Shown: positions 28,785 through 43,640 of the stretch, piece by piece
Layout: the number at the start of each line of letters is the position of its first letter
Numbering within the stretch: position 1 is the first letter of the stretch
The notes under the pieces: generated by a model
What the model was told of the DNA's origin: nothing
The model's input: only the letters and a program-made list of their open reading frames with translations
Databases searched by the model: none
Origin: the human T2T-CHM13v2.0 reference genome, Homo sapiens
Direction: 5' to 3'
NCBI GenBank assembly: GCA_009914755.4
Contig: CP068257.2
Coordinates: 21,088,001-21,152,000, forward strand
DNA: 64,000 nt
Translations under genes and position numbers: made by a program

Positions 28785-30903
28785 AGGTATAGTTTTCAAG
28801 ATAGATGAACAGAATATGCTGTGAGCAGTTGTGAGCTTGATTTAACTTTTACATATTGAAATACATGAAACACAGAGATCTCCAATGATTTCTTGTCCCA
28901 TATTAATATCTAAACCCCAACTGAACTCTCACAAATACTAAATAGGGTCTGATTAAAAAAAGGACATTTATTGTAATTTAACCTAAGTTGTCAGAGAGGC
29001 CACTTTCTTTTTGGTAGAAAGAAAACATAATCTTGATTTAGGCAGATAAATAGAAAGTACCTAATCAAAGTGTAGAAACTCAGGCATTCTACATAGATCC
29101 TAATGCTTGCATGATGCTCTTTGGGAAGAAAGCCAAGTTGACATGGGGAGAGGCACCTGGTTCAACAAAGCCAAGCTATAGGTTTTAAAGAGGATATAGC
29201 ATTTAGTTTACTTAAAATGTTAGAAACATTATCTACTATGGTATTTATTTCCTTTGGTTTGGCTTTACAGTTTTGGTTTTTTTGCCCTTCAAAGACGAGA
29301 AAGAGAACCAGCTTTGTTACAAACCTATATTGCTGAATTTTAATTGTTTTATAATTATTTCTGGCAAGATTATATAAAGATTATATTCCTTAAAGTAGCC
29401 ACTTTAAAGGTCTATCAGGTGGTGAAGTTAAAGGGCTAAACAAACAAATGCTTTTATTAATTCAATTTTCAATATGGCTGAAATGTGACATCACAATTTC
29501 TGTGCAATCAGATTAAAGTCATACATCTGAGCTTATCACAAGGCCTTGAAATTAAGCAAAAGAGCAAGAACTCCCCTTTCAATATGAGGACAACAAATAA
29601 GAAAGTTAAACACATCAAAGTCCAAATAGAGATTTCAAAGAGCAGATTTTCAATATGAATCTATGCAATAGTACAGGAAGAAGATGTAGAAAAACTGGCT
29701 AAATATTCTCCAGGCTCATAGGCCCAATCAAAGACAAAGATTTACTCTCAGGCTACTTGATCAGGCACTGAAATCCATTGGATTTCTCAGTTTGAAATGA
29801 AAGCCAAAACCAGTAAATAAAATGTGAGAGATAAACCACACTTTACTGCTGAAAGTTTAATTTAAGCAATATTTGAGTGTGTGTGAAATATAAGCTTTTA
29901 GATCTCTTCTTTAACAGATTTTATGAATTGCCCATTCCATCTCTATCTCATGAACATTTCATCTATTTTGGATAAAGTATGGCTTAAAACATTAGTACTA
30001 ACTACTGTCAGTATTTTGTTTAAAACGTAGCACGAAACAAATATTCAAAATCAAGGAAACAAAAAAACAAAACAAAACAAAAAACAAATATTCCCTCAAT
30101 TCCTAACAATTGAGAGTAGGAAGAATAAAACATAAAGTATTCTGCTTTTTACTTTCCCTGTGAGTAATTTTCTTTAAAATCCCAAGTAGAACTCTGAATT
30201 TAAAATCATTTTGCAGCAAATTTCAGAATTTTGTTGTTTTTTTCAGTATAGTCCTTCTTGTCATTGTATTAAGTTTAGTTACATTAACTTATACCTTCAC
30301 TTTAAAGTAACCTCATACTTAGATCTGAGCCCATAACATATACAATATATGACACAAATATAAAAGAAAGCAAGAAATTGTTTACCACAAAAATGAGGAG
30401 AATAGTTAACTTTAGGGAGGAGAGCATTGTGATTGCAAAAAGGCATATTGCAGTCTTCCAAGATTTTGGAAATGGTTTTTGCCTTGGTTGCACGACAATT
30501 TGTTTTATAATTAATGCATAAAATGCATTGATCTTTTTAATTATAAGAATGCTAAAATCCATTTTGTCTATTAATGATAAAGTGTTTTCAACAGGATTAT
30601 AGTCTGACTCTATTAAAGACTAGACGGTATACTTAACTTACATCTTGAGTTCATGTAGATTTTGAGGAGATATTATTTTCTCTCTTCATGAATTTCCCGA
30701 GCATGTTCACTCCATCAAGAATAACTGCCAATCAGCTAAAGTTTAAAAGAAGTGGTTTTGTACCACATCCAAAGAATCTTTCAGAAATCATCTAGTCTCA
30801 TGGTACAGATGCAGGACATCTAATTATGATGTGAAAAATTGACCATGAAAAAAGGAACATCATATAGCGACCGAACAAAACCTGTCATTAAAATACAAAC
30901 TCT

Positions 30904-31197
30904 GGCCGGGTACTGTGGCTTACACCTGTAATCCCAGCACTTTGGGAGGCGGAGGCAGGCAGATCACCTGAGGTGGAGAGTTCGAGACCACCCTGACCAA
31001 CATGGAGAAACTTTGTCTCAACTAAAAATAGAAAAATTAGCCGGGCGTGGTGGCACATGCCTGTAATCCTAGCTACTTGGGAGGCTGAGGCAGGAGGATC
31101 ACTTGAACGTGGGAGGCAGAGGTTGCGGTGAGTCAAGATCGTGCCATTGCACTCCAGCTTGGGCAACAAGAACAAAACTCCGTCTCAAAAAAAAAAA
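30904..31197 (+). mobile_element. Alu SINE (AluS-like)
   Basis: ggccgggtactgtggcttacacctgtaatcccagcactttgggaggcggaggcaggcagatcacctgaggt...gcactccagcttgggcaacaagaacaaaactccgtctc(a)10. Confidence 0.9.
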
Positions 31198-31198
31198 C

Positions 31199-31384
31199 CT
31201 CTTAGCTTGGCACGTTGGTGCATGCCTGTAGTCCAAGCTACTTGGGAGACTGAGGTTAAAGGATCACTTGAGCCAGGAGTTTGAGGCCACAATGCACCAA
31301 AATCACACCACTGCACTCCAGCCTAGACAACAAAGTGAGACTCTGTTTCGAAAAAAAAAAAAAAAAAAAAAGAAAGAAAAAAAA
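31199..31384 (+). mobile_element. Partial Alu (right-monomer fragment) with long A/GAAA tail
   Basis: cttggcacgttggtgcatgcctgtagtccaagctacttgggagactgagg...caccactgcactccagcctagacaacaaagtgagactctgtttcgaaaaaaaaaaaaaaaaaaaaagaaagaaaaaaaa. Confidence 0.8.
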
Positions 31385-32796
31385 CCTTTCTTTAATAATA
31401 AAATATTCCACAAAATATTTTATTACAGCTAATCCCATCCTTACAGCTGACCTTATTTTGGTACAAATTTAGGTGTTTATATAGTCGATTTGATCAATAT
31501 TGCAGTCAATAAAAGATGCTGACTAAGCTGCCTTGGAGGATTAATTTTGTAGTGCAAGTTCAATAAATGGTTAAATTAATTTATTGTTTGATCAAATTCA
31601 AGGGAATCTATTTTACCTTGAAGTAAATCAGTATATACAAAGGAATAAAATGCTTTTCTCTGCAACATCTTCTAGGACATTTGCACTGATAATATCAGCA
31701 TCAGTTTCTCCAATGTATTTGTGTCAGGAAATGGGCAAGGATTTATTGAGTAGACAAAATGGTGAACTGCAGTATCAGTTGGAAATATTTAGGTAAAACA
31801 TAACTGAACATCTTTACTGTTTGAAGGTGAGTCTTCTAATTATATATGCTCAACAAAAAGATATATCTACTTTCCTCGCTCTCTAGTATTTAAGCTGTAG
31901 GCAGGTGTCTGAGACTTAGGCAATGAATATTTCATGTGATATTTAATTGTTGAGAAAGTGACACGAAAGCACACAGGCAATTGGAGGTTAATAGTCAACA
32001 GTTGCTGACTTGAGATTCACTCTCACTGTTCTGAGAGAAAGTACTCAGAATAAAAGAGGTGTCTGACATTACTGAATGTCTAGGAACAATAGTGATAACA
32101 ACAGCTTCTGAACCAGAGAGTTCTTGATGTTTGAGACTTGATATGTTCTACATCTCACTTAGTTCCTGAGTATTTTGTAAGTATTAAGTACATTCTTTTG
32201 AAATGCCTGCTTTTCCTTCAGTTAAGTGATTCACTTTCTATTGATATCAACAGAAAACTCTGATTTGTAAAGCAAGAAATCAAATTCTTAGCACTGTATT
32301 TTACTCTGTTATGTTTTATTGTATTATTTGTTACTGCTGTAGGTACTTATTCTTTTGCCTGAAAGAAAAATGGTAATAGTCACCTCAGTTCCATTGTTAC
32401 CTCTTTGTACATAGCTTATGTTTTGTTTGTGTTTCTCTTTAAGGCAGAACTCACATTTGCTAGGTTAATGGCATGTGATTCATTGACCTTGCATCATTTT
32501 AGTAATCCAAATCGAGGAAAGCTCTTGAGCAAGGACACGAGAAAGCCCCAAGAGTCACCTATATTCACTTGTAGTTAACGAAGCCTACAGAGGGTAGCTT
32601 TCACTGGCCTTTTATCCACAAGGATATGGGACATGATATTTGTCTCATCCCCAGCATATAAAATGATATTCCTGCTTCTTACAGAGTAGGACTAAAGCAG
32701 AACAAATTAGAATGTGATTACATAATAGCTAGACTAATTTCTAAATAATTTAATGAAGCAATTAAATTTTTTTAATGTGAGCAGGTTTTTGCCATG

Positions 32797-32853
32797 TGTG
32801 TGTCTGTATACACACACACACACACACATACACATATATACGTATATATGTAC

Positions 32854-32884
<31 letters not shown>

Positions 32885-32885
32885 T
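32797..32885. repeat. Compound (CA)n(TA)n(GA)n microsatellite
   Basis: gtgtgtgtctgtatacacacacacacacacatacacatatatacgtatatatgtacatatatatacacagagagagagagagagag. Confidence 0.95.
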
Positions 32886-33172
32886 TGGGTGTGGCTCTGT
32901 CACCATGACTGAAGTGCAGTGGCACAATCACAGCTAATTGCATTGCAGCCTTGACCTCCCTGGGCTTAAGCGATCCTCCCATCTCAGCCTCCAAAGTAGC
33001 TGGAACTACAGGTGCACACCACCATGTACAGCTAAACATTTTTTGTATTTTTGTAGAGATGGGGTTTTGCCATGTTGCTCAGGCTGGTCTTAAAATCCTG
33101 GGTGCAAGAAATCTGCCGGCTTGTAATCCTAGAGTGCTGGGATTACAAGTGTGAGCCACTATGCCTGACCTA
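32886..33172 (-). mobile_element. Alu SINE (old, AluJ-like, antisense)
   Basis: gggtgtggctctgtcaccatgactgaagtgcagtggcacaatcacagc...agagtgctgggattacaagtgtgagccactatgcctgacc. Confidence 0.85.
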
Positions 33173-34135
33173 TATATATTTTGAGATAGCCCTTGCATTG
33201 TCGAGTACTTTCTTACTTTATACCTATGATAATCTGCATAGGGATTAACTTGCAAAATCTATTTACTATATTCAATTACTTAGAAAGTTACTGAATAACT
33301 ATCAGAGAGATTAGAGAAGACCTTTGGATCTATACTAGTTCTGAAATTGGACTACTTATTTTCTTCATTTTATTCATCTTTAGATTCATGTGTACCACAA
33401 GACCCTTAATTTACAGCACAACTATACACGGATATAGATAGAGAAATATAAAATATTTCTCCTTTTGAACAAAATGAGCCTAAAAATTTTATATTCAGTA
33501 TTTTATTAAACTATGAACAAATTAAACATGCAAACTCTTAAAGGACTTTACACATTCAGTAAAGAAGATAAAGTGTGGCTAATAAATAAATGTATTTTTA
33601 ACTTTGTCAGTGTGAAATTTAGCAATGTAATAATTTTATTATCTAGATGAGTAATTGTAAAGTCGTCTTAAAAATTGGTACAGTGTAATAGGTCTAACGA
33701 ATAAGAGGTATTTTTGAGCAATTCATAGGAAAGAATTAGATTTTATCTTTAGCCACTCTAACTAGCATTGGTTGGTGTTATTGCCAACATTTAAGAATAT
33801 CTATTAAAAAACAAATAAAAATCAAAGATGAGAAAAGCAAGAGATTTTGTTTTAGATACTTTATTCTCGGTTTATTTTTATGACAGTATGGTTTTCTCAT
33901 ATAGCATTGAATATGATCAGGCATAATTGTGATTCAAATTACTTATTATGCTTGTTAAAATTTGACTTATTTATGACATTGCTAACCACATACATACCTT
34001 CATTAAGAATACAATCAGCATGTAGCAGCTTCCTTTATGTTATTATACAATAAGTTCACTACTTCAGGCATACATATATATATATATAAAATATATGTAT
34101 AATATCAAGTAATGAACTATATATATAAAGTAAAC

Positions 34136-34178
34136 TGTGTGTGTGTGTGTGTGTATATATACGTGTGTGTGTGTGTAG
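34136..34178. repeat. (TG)n microsatellite within (TA)-rich low complexity
   Basis: ctgtgtgtgtgtgtgtgtgtatatatacgtgtgtgtgtgtgtag. Confidence 0.9.
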
Positions 34179-35061
34179 TTACCTGTGCTTGATTTACTAT
34201 GCATTATTTTATTTGTATTATTACCTGTCATGGCTTATCCTCACTGGTTAAAAAAAGTGTTTATCTGACAAAATGTGAATCCAGCTTTTCCAATAGCTCC
34301 ATGAAAAATCTAATATCCTTTGAAACATAAATTGCTAATGGTATTGATTTTCACTTTATAAATCCTTATTGATCCATAGTGAATTAAACATGTAAATTGC
34401 AGTGCCTTGGAAACAAGCAGTATCTTTCTTTCTAAAACAAATCTGTAGAACTTTTAATTTTTTAAATGAATTGCCACAGAAGGATTGTATATTTTCATGT
34501 AAAAGTTTTCAATTGTTCTATTACACATTAAAAATATATATTTTATAACCTGTTTTAGAATACAAAAATACTATATTTACAAAAGAGTATGACCATAATT
34601 GTTCTACTTTTTCAATAAGGGGATTGGATTAAACCCCTTGCCTTGCTATGATTTAAGCTACCTCTTTGACTAATGTTATGGTAGTGGGGTTTGCAACTTG
34701 TCAAGAAAATAAAAAGACAAAAATTATTAGATGGCATTGTCATACATTCCCGTATATCACAATAATTTCTATTAAATTACATAATAATAGTAATGCATGA
34801 AAAGCTGTATCAGTTATACACTATGACAAATTTAAAAGATTATGATATATACATTCTTTGCATTTCCTATTATTTTTTAGTAAATATGTTCACATTTTCC
34901 TCCTCTAGTTTAAGCTTTGAAATTTATTTGGTAATTAAATACAATTATTCATCAAAGTCCATACATTATTCCAATTTCCATAATATTTACCTATTTTTTA
35001 ATTTCAATATTCTATACAGAGTGCCACTTTGCAATGTACTGAATGTACCTCACATGTACCA

Positions 35062-35395
35062 TTACATTGGGAGGCTCACAATTTCAACATACGGAATTTG
35101 GAGGGACAGGTGGAGTTGAAGCTTTTGAAAGTTGATGAGGTTATAAGGGTGGAGCCCTCATTAATGGAATTAGTGCCATTATAAAAGAAACCCCAGAGAG
35201 CTCTCTTATCCTCTTTCTGTCCTGTGAAGATACAATGGAAGCCTGTAAACTGGAAAAGGACCCTTGCCAGCACCTGACCATGCTAGCACACTGATCTTGG
35301 ACTCCCCAGCCTCCAGAACAGATCATTTTTCCTTGTTTGGGGGAGACTTAGTCTATGGTACTTTGTTATAGCAGCCCCAGATAAGTAAGACACAC
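35062..35395 (+). mobile_element. MaLR LTR relic (MLT1-like)
   Basis: acattgggaggctcacaatttcaacatacggaatttggagggacag...gcacctgaccatgctagcacactgatcttggactccccagcctccagaacagatcatttttccttgtttgg...gtctatggtactttgttatagcagccccagataagtaagacac. Confidence 0.7.
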
Positions 35396-36841
35396 ATTAC
35401 ATTTACTTGTTATGTCTCTCTAGATGTCTCCGCCTCTTGACTGGGGCAGTTTTGCAAACTTTTCTTATTTTTGACTGATAGTTTTAGTGTAGACTAGTCA
35501 GACATTTTGTAGAATGAGAATTTTCATGATTTTTTCTCATTATTATACTTGGTTTCTGACTTTTGGAGTGGAACGTCATGGAGGAAAAGCATCATTTTCA
35601 TCATATCACAAGGCTGTGTTTTATCAGCATGATTTAATCAGCGTTGATATTAACCTGGACAACCTAGCTGAGATGGTGTTGTGTATGTCTTTTTAAACAG
35701 ATATATTTGTATCAATAAAGTATCTATCTCTATACACATGCACACTCACAAACACACACAAATCTGTGTGTATATTAAGCTAAACGGGAGTATATTCTGA
35801 TGCTTCCAAATTTATTCTATTACCACATGGGTCATTCTAGCTTTTTCTCCTGGTTTGTCTATAATTTTCCACTCCAACAGTGAGAATTTTGAATCCTTCT
35901 ATCTACCATTCATTTATTTTATTTTAAAAATCTTATTATAAATCTGTCTTGGTATAAGAATTGTCAACCTGTACCACCATGAGAACTTTTCAAACTACAG
36001 TACAGTGTTACATACAGTTCCTTTTGCAATGTGTTTTACAGACTCAACTCATTTCCAATATTACTTAGATCAATACCTTTTTCACTAACCAGTTTCAGTG
36101 AGTTTCTTTCCAATATTGGTAATGCAATTAGGTTCCTTTGTCAGAATTGGAATTCTTTCCTGAGATCCATCAATCTCTAAAAATGTGGACACATATATAG
36201 ATCTAAATTATTGTTTTAATTTGAATTTCCCCTGGTGATAAATAATGTTAAGTGTTATTTCCCATGTGCATTTGTCATTTATACCCTTTTTTGATACAAT
36301 TTTGGTAAATTTTAAGGAACGAAATTAAACCAGAAAAAGCAAACCCAAATATACTTAGATATAATGTCACAAGTGAGCTATTGATGTATAATATCATAAA
36401 CAAATGATTTTGGTAGAATTTCTGGTATTAATTATATTAAAAAGGATAAAATATGAGTTAGTAGTTTCAGTTACATGAGATAACAAAAAAGGTAGCCATG
36501 TTAATTTGGTGCCAAACTTTGGTAAATTTATTCAAAATACTCTAATATGAATAAACATTATAACCATTTTAAGACACATTTTACAATACTGTATCTGGAG
36601 CTATTTCTTTAAGGTCAAATTACCATTCAGTTACTTTCCTAGGAGATGTTAAGTAGGACCAGGGAAAAGTACTTACGTTGATTGGAGCAGAGCCGTTCTC
36701 TGCCTTACTAATCTCTTTTTAACAAGAACTATTAAAAACTACTTGGCCTTCATTAAGTTAAATGGATGAGGACAATGGGAAGAAAACAAAAAAAGAAGAA
36801 CCAAACTTACATAAAACATTTAAAAAAAGAGCTCATTATGA

Positions 36842-37225
<384 letters not shown>

Positions 37226-38947
37226 ATACATTCTTTTTTATAAGATATTAGTATACTTTGTTTTTGAAATAATAAATACTAGTTCCTTATTATGTATATT
37301 TATATATGCATACTTAAAAATATGGTGAATAATGACTGTGTATCAGGCTCTGTTCTAGGCACTGGAAGTTGTCAGTAAATAAAGGAGGCCAAAATCCCTG
37401 CCTTAGAGACATACATTTTGGTCTCTAAAATGAGAGACAGAAAATAAGTAACATTAATACACAAAATATAAATCATATTAGATAATGATATATATTATGG
37501 AGTGTTGTTTTTTACATTGAATTTTTGCCATGTAAATATTTAAATTTTTACATGGAGTTATGAGAAGAGTTAATTCAAAAGGTGAACTCCAAAGGGAGGG
37601 ATTTCAAGTTTCCAGGGAGGCCACCACCTCTGCTGAGCTACCACTCTGGGACATGAGTATAGAGTGGAAGGAAAGAGAGGATAAACTGGGCCCTAAATGC
37701 CATCTATATCTTTCCATCAGCAGCATGTCTAATGACCAGAAACTTCTAAGAATGATAGTCACTGCTTCACTTCTTTCTTCCAAAGCTCTTGCAAGCAACA
37801 AGAGTTGCAATGACCAGACTAAATCTATGCTGGACCATATAGAAATGAGAATTTAGAGAACGTACCCAGTTTCATTCTTCAGCAGTGAAGCAACAGTAAA
37901 AAGTCATCATTTATATTTAATCTTTTAAATCTATTTAACTTCCAAAGACAATAGCAATATCATGATTCCATAAAGCATAAGGGAATTATTGCTTACACAA
38001 CAATGACAGACATACTAACCCTCTCTTCAAAACAGTAAAACATCCCACATAGTTCATCTTGGTAATGAACTATAAATGATGTTCATTGTTTTAGCTGGCA
38101 TATAATTCTCTTTTAAAAATTAATATTTTGAAATTAAATATTGAGATATAGGATTAACTACTATTAGCATTATTTTATTTAACATGTTTTATTTTTGGCA
38201 GTTAAAAAGGGAGCCAATTCAAAGGCATCAGTTAATATTTACAAAGAATATAAAACTGTTCAGATGTTCATGGTAGGTATGTATAAATTCTTTTTTTTTT
38301 ACGACTGCACAATCCATATCTGCTTTTTTCTCAGCAAGCATGTCAAATAATTGTGATTTCTCACCTTTATTCCTGGAGAATTTGTGTTATTAACAATCAT
38401 GCTTTTAATATATTCTTGAATTTTCTATTAATTTTACCACAAGCTTTAGAGTAGTAAGAAGTAACCTTGATTATATTCTGAGTTTTAAGTGTATTTCTCC
38501 CTGCCTACATTGTGTATTGACAACTCATTTTTTCTTGATAGTAATAATTCATTGTCTCAGTCGACTAGGGAAATGGACAAGGTAAGCCTAATGACTGCCC
38601 CAATTTATTGCTTAGAGAATGTTAATAGGCCATGGCACAGGACTGGGAAATCCAGGAAATCTACTCCAAGTGAGGAGACACAGCTAGAAGTTCAAAGAAG
38701 TCAAGATAGCTAGAGTTCATAAAAAAGAGTACAGGAGAAGGGAAAACTGCGATAAAATAAAATCCAGAGATCTCAAAAGATTCGTCCAGAATATTCAGTT
38801 AAGTAGAAATCAGTGCGTGTGTGTGAGGAAACTATCAAAATCCAGAGAAAACCACCTGAAAAGTTTAGAGAGAACAATGCTTGAGACTTACGCAGGGCCG
38901 GAAACATGCCTGTTTTCCACAGCCAGAGACACACTCTTTCATATTTG

Positions 38948-39072
38948 AGAATTTGTCTCTCTTTTTTTTCTTTTCTTTCTCTCTCCCTCTCTCTCATTCT
39001 CTCCTTTCTCTCTCTCTTCTCTCTTCTTTCTCTCTCTCTCTCTCTCTCTCTCTCCTTCTCTCTTCCCTTCTT
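38948..39072. repeat. (CT)n/(TCTC) polypyrimidine microsatellite (~125 bp) grown from the tail of the adjacent antisense Alu
   Basis: ctctcttttttttcttttctttctctctccctctctctcattctctcctttctctctctcttctctcttctttctctctctctctctctctctctccttctctcttcccttctttttt. Confidence 0.92.
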
Positions 39073-39300
39073 TTTTGACAGACTTTTGCTATTATTGCCC
39101 AGGCTGGAGTGCAATGGCATGATCTCAGCTCACTTCAACCCCTGCCTCCCGGATTTCTCCTGCTTCAGTCTCCTGAGTAGCTGGGATTACAGGCGCCTGC
39201 CACTATGCCTGGCTAATTTTTTGTATTTTTAGTAGAGACGGGGGTTTCACCATGTTGGCCAGGCTTGTCTCGAACTCCTGACCTCAGGTGATCCACCTTC
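39073..39300 (-). mobile_element. Alu SINE (antisense), lacking ~55 bp of its 5' (head) end
   Basis: gacagacttttgctattattgcccaggctggagtgcaatggcatgatctcagctcacttcaacc...tagtagagacgggggtttcaccatgttggccaggcttgtctcgaactcctgacctcaggtgatccaccttctgcc, ending before the ctcccaaagtgctgggattacagg segment. Confidence 0.88.
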
Positions 39301-39700
39301 TGCCTACATTTAGTAATTAATCTTATTGTAAATTTCTAATGAATTGTAAATTATTTCAGCAAAATTCTACTTCTCTTTTCATCCTTTTGTGTAAACCTGT
39401 TAATAATGAACTCATCACTCATATCCAGTTTAAAGATGAACATGGATTGATAGTAAATACTTGTGAATTTTTTCAAGTAAAAAAAAAGTATGCTATAAGA
39501 TGTACTTTCATTTTTGATGTTTTTCTTCTATTAGAAATAAATAATTTTATTTCTATAGAAGTTATTATACTGGATAATATTTTATCTTCCATATTACTTA
39601 TTATTTTTCTAATTTCCTAGTCTATTTTCTAATTTTTATTCCACATTAATTATAATAATATAAAAGTTCCCCTTCATATATTGATTAGATTTTCTTTTTG

Positions 39701-39990
39701 GTGTGTGTGTGACAGAGTCTCACTCTGTCGCCGAGGCTGGACTGCAGTGTCGTGATCTTGGCTCACTGAAACCTCTGCCCCTCGGGTTTCAAGCGATTCT
39801 CCTGCCGCAGCCTCCCAAGTAGCTGGGATTACAGTCATCCACCACCATGCCCAGATAATTTTTGTATTTTTAGTAGAGACAGAGTTTCCCCATGTTGGCC
39901 AAGCTGGTCTCAAATTCCTGGCCTCAAGTGATCCACCTGCCTCAGCCTCCAAAGTGCAGGGATTACAGATGTGAGCCACCACGCCTGGCC
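39701..39990 (-). mobile_element. Alu SINE (AluS-like, antisense) with 13-bp TSD
   Basis: (gt)n gacagagtctcactctgtcgccgaggctggactgcagtgtcgtgatcttggctc...caaagtgcagggattacagatgtgagccaccacgcctggcc. The sequence tgattagattttt is repeated at 39683-39695 and 39991-40003. Confidence 0.9.
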
Positions 39991-40405
39991 TGATTAGATT
40001 TTTATCAGTGACTTCTGTGTGCCTCATGGTTTCTAATTGCGCTTCAGTCTCTATTTTCAACTCATTTACCTGCTTAGTCATCACATCTTTGAGGTCTTGA
40101 GCTCACGTTAGCTAAAGGTTCTAATTTTATCATATGAGACACTTCAGGGAATTTTTTGGTCACTTATTTTTGAAAGTATTACATTTTTAATCCTTCTTTT
40201 TCAAATTTACTTACCCTTCTGTCATGAGATTTTATATTTGCCATATTATTTATTTCTAGTCGATTCATGTTTAATCCAGGATTTTTATTACAACATGCCC
40301 AGATATACTGTTTGCTTTAATATAGTGAACCTGTGTTAACATTTCCCATGTAGAACTGCTCCGTTTTTCCACCTTCAGAAGGACACACTTTGGAGAATAG
40401 TGTTG

Positions 40406-40716
<311 letters not shown>

Positions 40717-43337
40717 TAGTGTTGCTTTTTAATTCCCCTTTTGCTTGGAGGTGAAAATGAGCTTGGGAAGAACTCACTGGGAGTATTACATATCATATTT
40801 GCAAATAGGGCTCTATTTTTTCTCTTAAACATTATATTAAATTTCGTATCGCAAAGCAATCAACAGGAAACTCACCTGATTTCCATGGCCTTTTATTTGC
40901 TTTCATACTCAAAATAGTGTCCTCTAAGAGAAAAAGTGCTGATTTCTTTTTCTGCTTTTGTAGGCTTTAAAGCTAGTGTGTAGAACAAAAGAAAAAACTG
41001 GAGGCTCAAAACCAAAATTTATAAATAAATATGTAATATTTCTAACATTTGGTAATATGGAATGGGATAAAATATTTATAACCAAATTATGTAGTACAAT
41101 TGGAATCACTTGCCTCTAGGAAAGCCTTAGTCAAAACAGACAACCATATAAGATGGTTTAGGCATGAAAGTAGAAAGGAATGAATGATATAGTTTTCATT
41201 AACAGAAACCCATGTAAATATAATTAAGCACTTATTTAGACATGAGTGCCAATGCATTTGTGTCTTCCCTTTGGGTTTTAATTGGGTGCTGATGCTGTGA
41301 ACCATATGTACATATTTATAAATAGCAAACATTAACTTGCATACTTTGCAGAAAGTATCACCATAATGCTAAGTATAATTTTTATTAGTTCAGGCTCATT
41401 ATCTTAACAATTTTAAAGAGAACAATATTCTCCATAAGATGCTACACGCCTACATTCTGTTAAAATCAAAATATTAAAGAATTAACATATTGGCTGAGCA
41501 GTACTACTCCAGAAATGTATTGAGAATCGTATCCTTAGAAATTCAATATATAGTGGAAGATGTAGTAGTCAAATGAAAAACATCTTTTTTTAATTCTCTA
41601 AATTCACTAATCAATTTAGTGTATGAGAGAAATAAATTTACATATTTCATGTTATCAAGAACATTTTGTAAAAACATGTTCATCACTAAAGGCCAGCGTC
41701 CCCTCTTTTTGAAGCCATCTGCAACTTTTTAATGTGTACAATCAGTATTAATTTAAAACTTATTTATTAATATACACACACGTGCACACACATATATGCT
41801 GCATATAAAACACTGCTTTTTGGAAGGGAAAATAAAACATAAAATCAGTTACTAATTTTTATGAATTTATCATCTAATTGAGGGGAGCAAGATAAGCATA
41901 TAAAGTGTTGATGTTCATAAAAGCTAATTTGTGGTATAAAAGAGCAGCAAAAGAAATAGTATGTCTAAGAAAAAATTATAATCAAGTCTGTATGTCATAA
42001 TAAAGTGGGCAATGTTTGAACTGAACATCAACATATGAAGAGAATGTTGTTACAGAGGTTAAGTGGTAAGAGAATAAGCAGCTCCAGGTAGCCGGGCACT
42101 GATCTGACTCTCACTGCTAGACTGTGGTGTCCTCAGGAGCTATCTGGCATGCACAGTCATCCTTCGATGACCTCCAGTTGAAAGTAAACAATTTCACAGA
42201 AAACCAGTATTAGACAAGGTCACATTGTGTACTACAAAGGAGACAAAAAGCTAAGCCTAGAGAAAAAAAAAAAAAAGAAGGTCACTCATCATACCCCCAA
42301 ATTATCAAACATTTCCGTTTCTCAGCTTACTGCTGCTTTCTTCCAATGAAAACTTCAACCTCATTTCAAGTTTTCATCTTTCTAGATCTGATGGATAGGA
42401 TACACAATCTTGGCCTTACTCCTTCCTGAAAGGAAAAAAAATCTTGCTTTCAGGAACCATCCTCCAAATCACTAAACACAACCCCAAATTCCATAAGTAT
42501 TTCCTAAAATTTTAGTGAGATGTCTCATAATTCTGGTTTATGATTTTCCTTGCAATGAACTACCATGCCCAACTTTGTTTAAATACAAGTGTGCTTCTAG
42601 TGGTCTTTTGGCTGGAGAACACTGGCAGTGTCTGGATAATATTATTACAGCGGGTGGGATGCTTCTGGCTTCATAAAGAGCTTAGTGTTGCCAGTTGCAT
42701 TACTAAGGATGCTAAAAACAAAGGGTTGGCACAGTCAAGGATTAAAAAGAGTAAATAAAAGGATCATTTACAAATGTGTGGGAAGAGTTAAGAGAAGAGA
42801 GAAGATTCTGAGGCATCCAGGAATAGTAACATCAGAAAGCATTCATCACCTCCAGTCTTGAAAAGCAGAGGAAGCTATATTTTTGTCGTGTAGTGCTGGA
42901 TATAAGAACTGCCTATCAGAAGCTGAGGTCTTCAGCAGATAAATACAGCTATTGGTAAGCAATTGAGACTTTAAAGTATTAACTAACTGGGGCACATAAA
43001 AGTTTGGACAAGGGTAAAGATTGTGGAGATTGGATCTGGAGGATAAATGGAGAATATTAAGAATTAAACAAAAGGGGTTGATTTTTATCTATGTATAATT
43101 GTGAGCATGCATTCAGGATAAAGTTCAGCATCAGAACCACTATTTTGAAAATAGTGAAAGAGAAATGTATTCCTTAGAAACAGAATTTTTTTCATACTTA
43201 TCTTGTCATAAAGTATCTATCCATAGTACATTTAGGAAAGATGGGGTTGGAAAGCAAAGTGAAGGCCAAATTGTAGAAACTCTCAGTAGTTAAACTACAG
43301 AGATTAGGTATCATTCCCCAAAAAGGATTTGGAGATT

Positions 43338-43640
43338 TCAGCTGGGTGTGGTGACTTATGCCTGTAATCCCAGCACTTTGGGAGTCTCAGGTGGGTGGAT
43401 CCTCTGAGGTCAGGAGTTCCAGACCAGCCTGGCCAACATGGTGAAACCCTGTGTCTACAAAAAATACAAAAACTAGCTAGGCATAGTGGCAGGTGCCTAT
43501 AACCCCAGCTACTTGGGAGGTTGAGGCAGGAGAATTGCTTGAAGCGGGAGGCAGAAATTGCCAAGATTACGCCACTGCACTCCACCCTGAGCAACAGAGT
43601 GAGACTTTGTCTCAAAAATATAAATAAATAAATAAACAAA
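43338..43640 (+). mobile_element. Alu SINE (AluS-like) with (AAAT)n tail
   Basis: cagctgggtgtggtgacttatgcctgtaatcccagcactttgggagtctcaggtgggtggatcctctgaggtcagg...gccactgcactccaccctgagcaacagagtgagactttgtctcaaaaatataaataaataaataaacaaa. Confidence 0.9.

Noticed and set aside
39674-40084. Longest ORFs in the track (136 aa at 39674-40084(-), 128 aa at 48018-48404(+), 115 aa at 38773-39120(-), 114 aa at 48962-49306(-), 111 aa at 43304-43639(-))
   Set aside because: All lie within Alu elements or the (CT)n microsatellite (the poly-Glu/Arg 'RERERE' translation). These are typical Alu read-through peptides (…[12 protein letters not shown]…, …[13 protein letters not shown]…), not genes.
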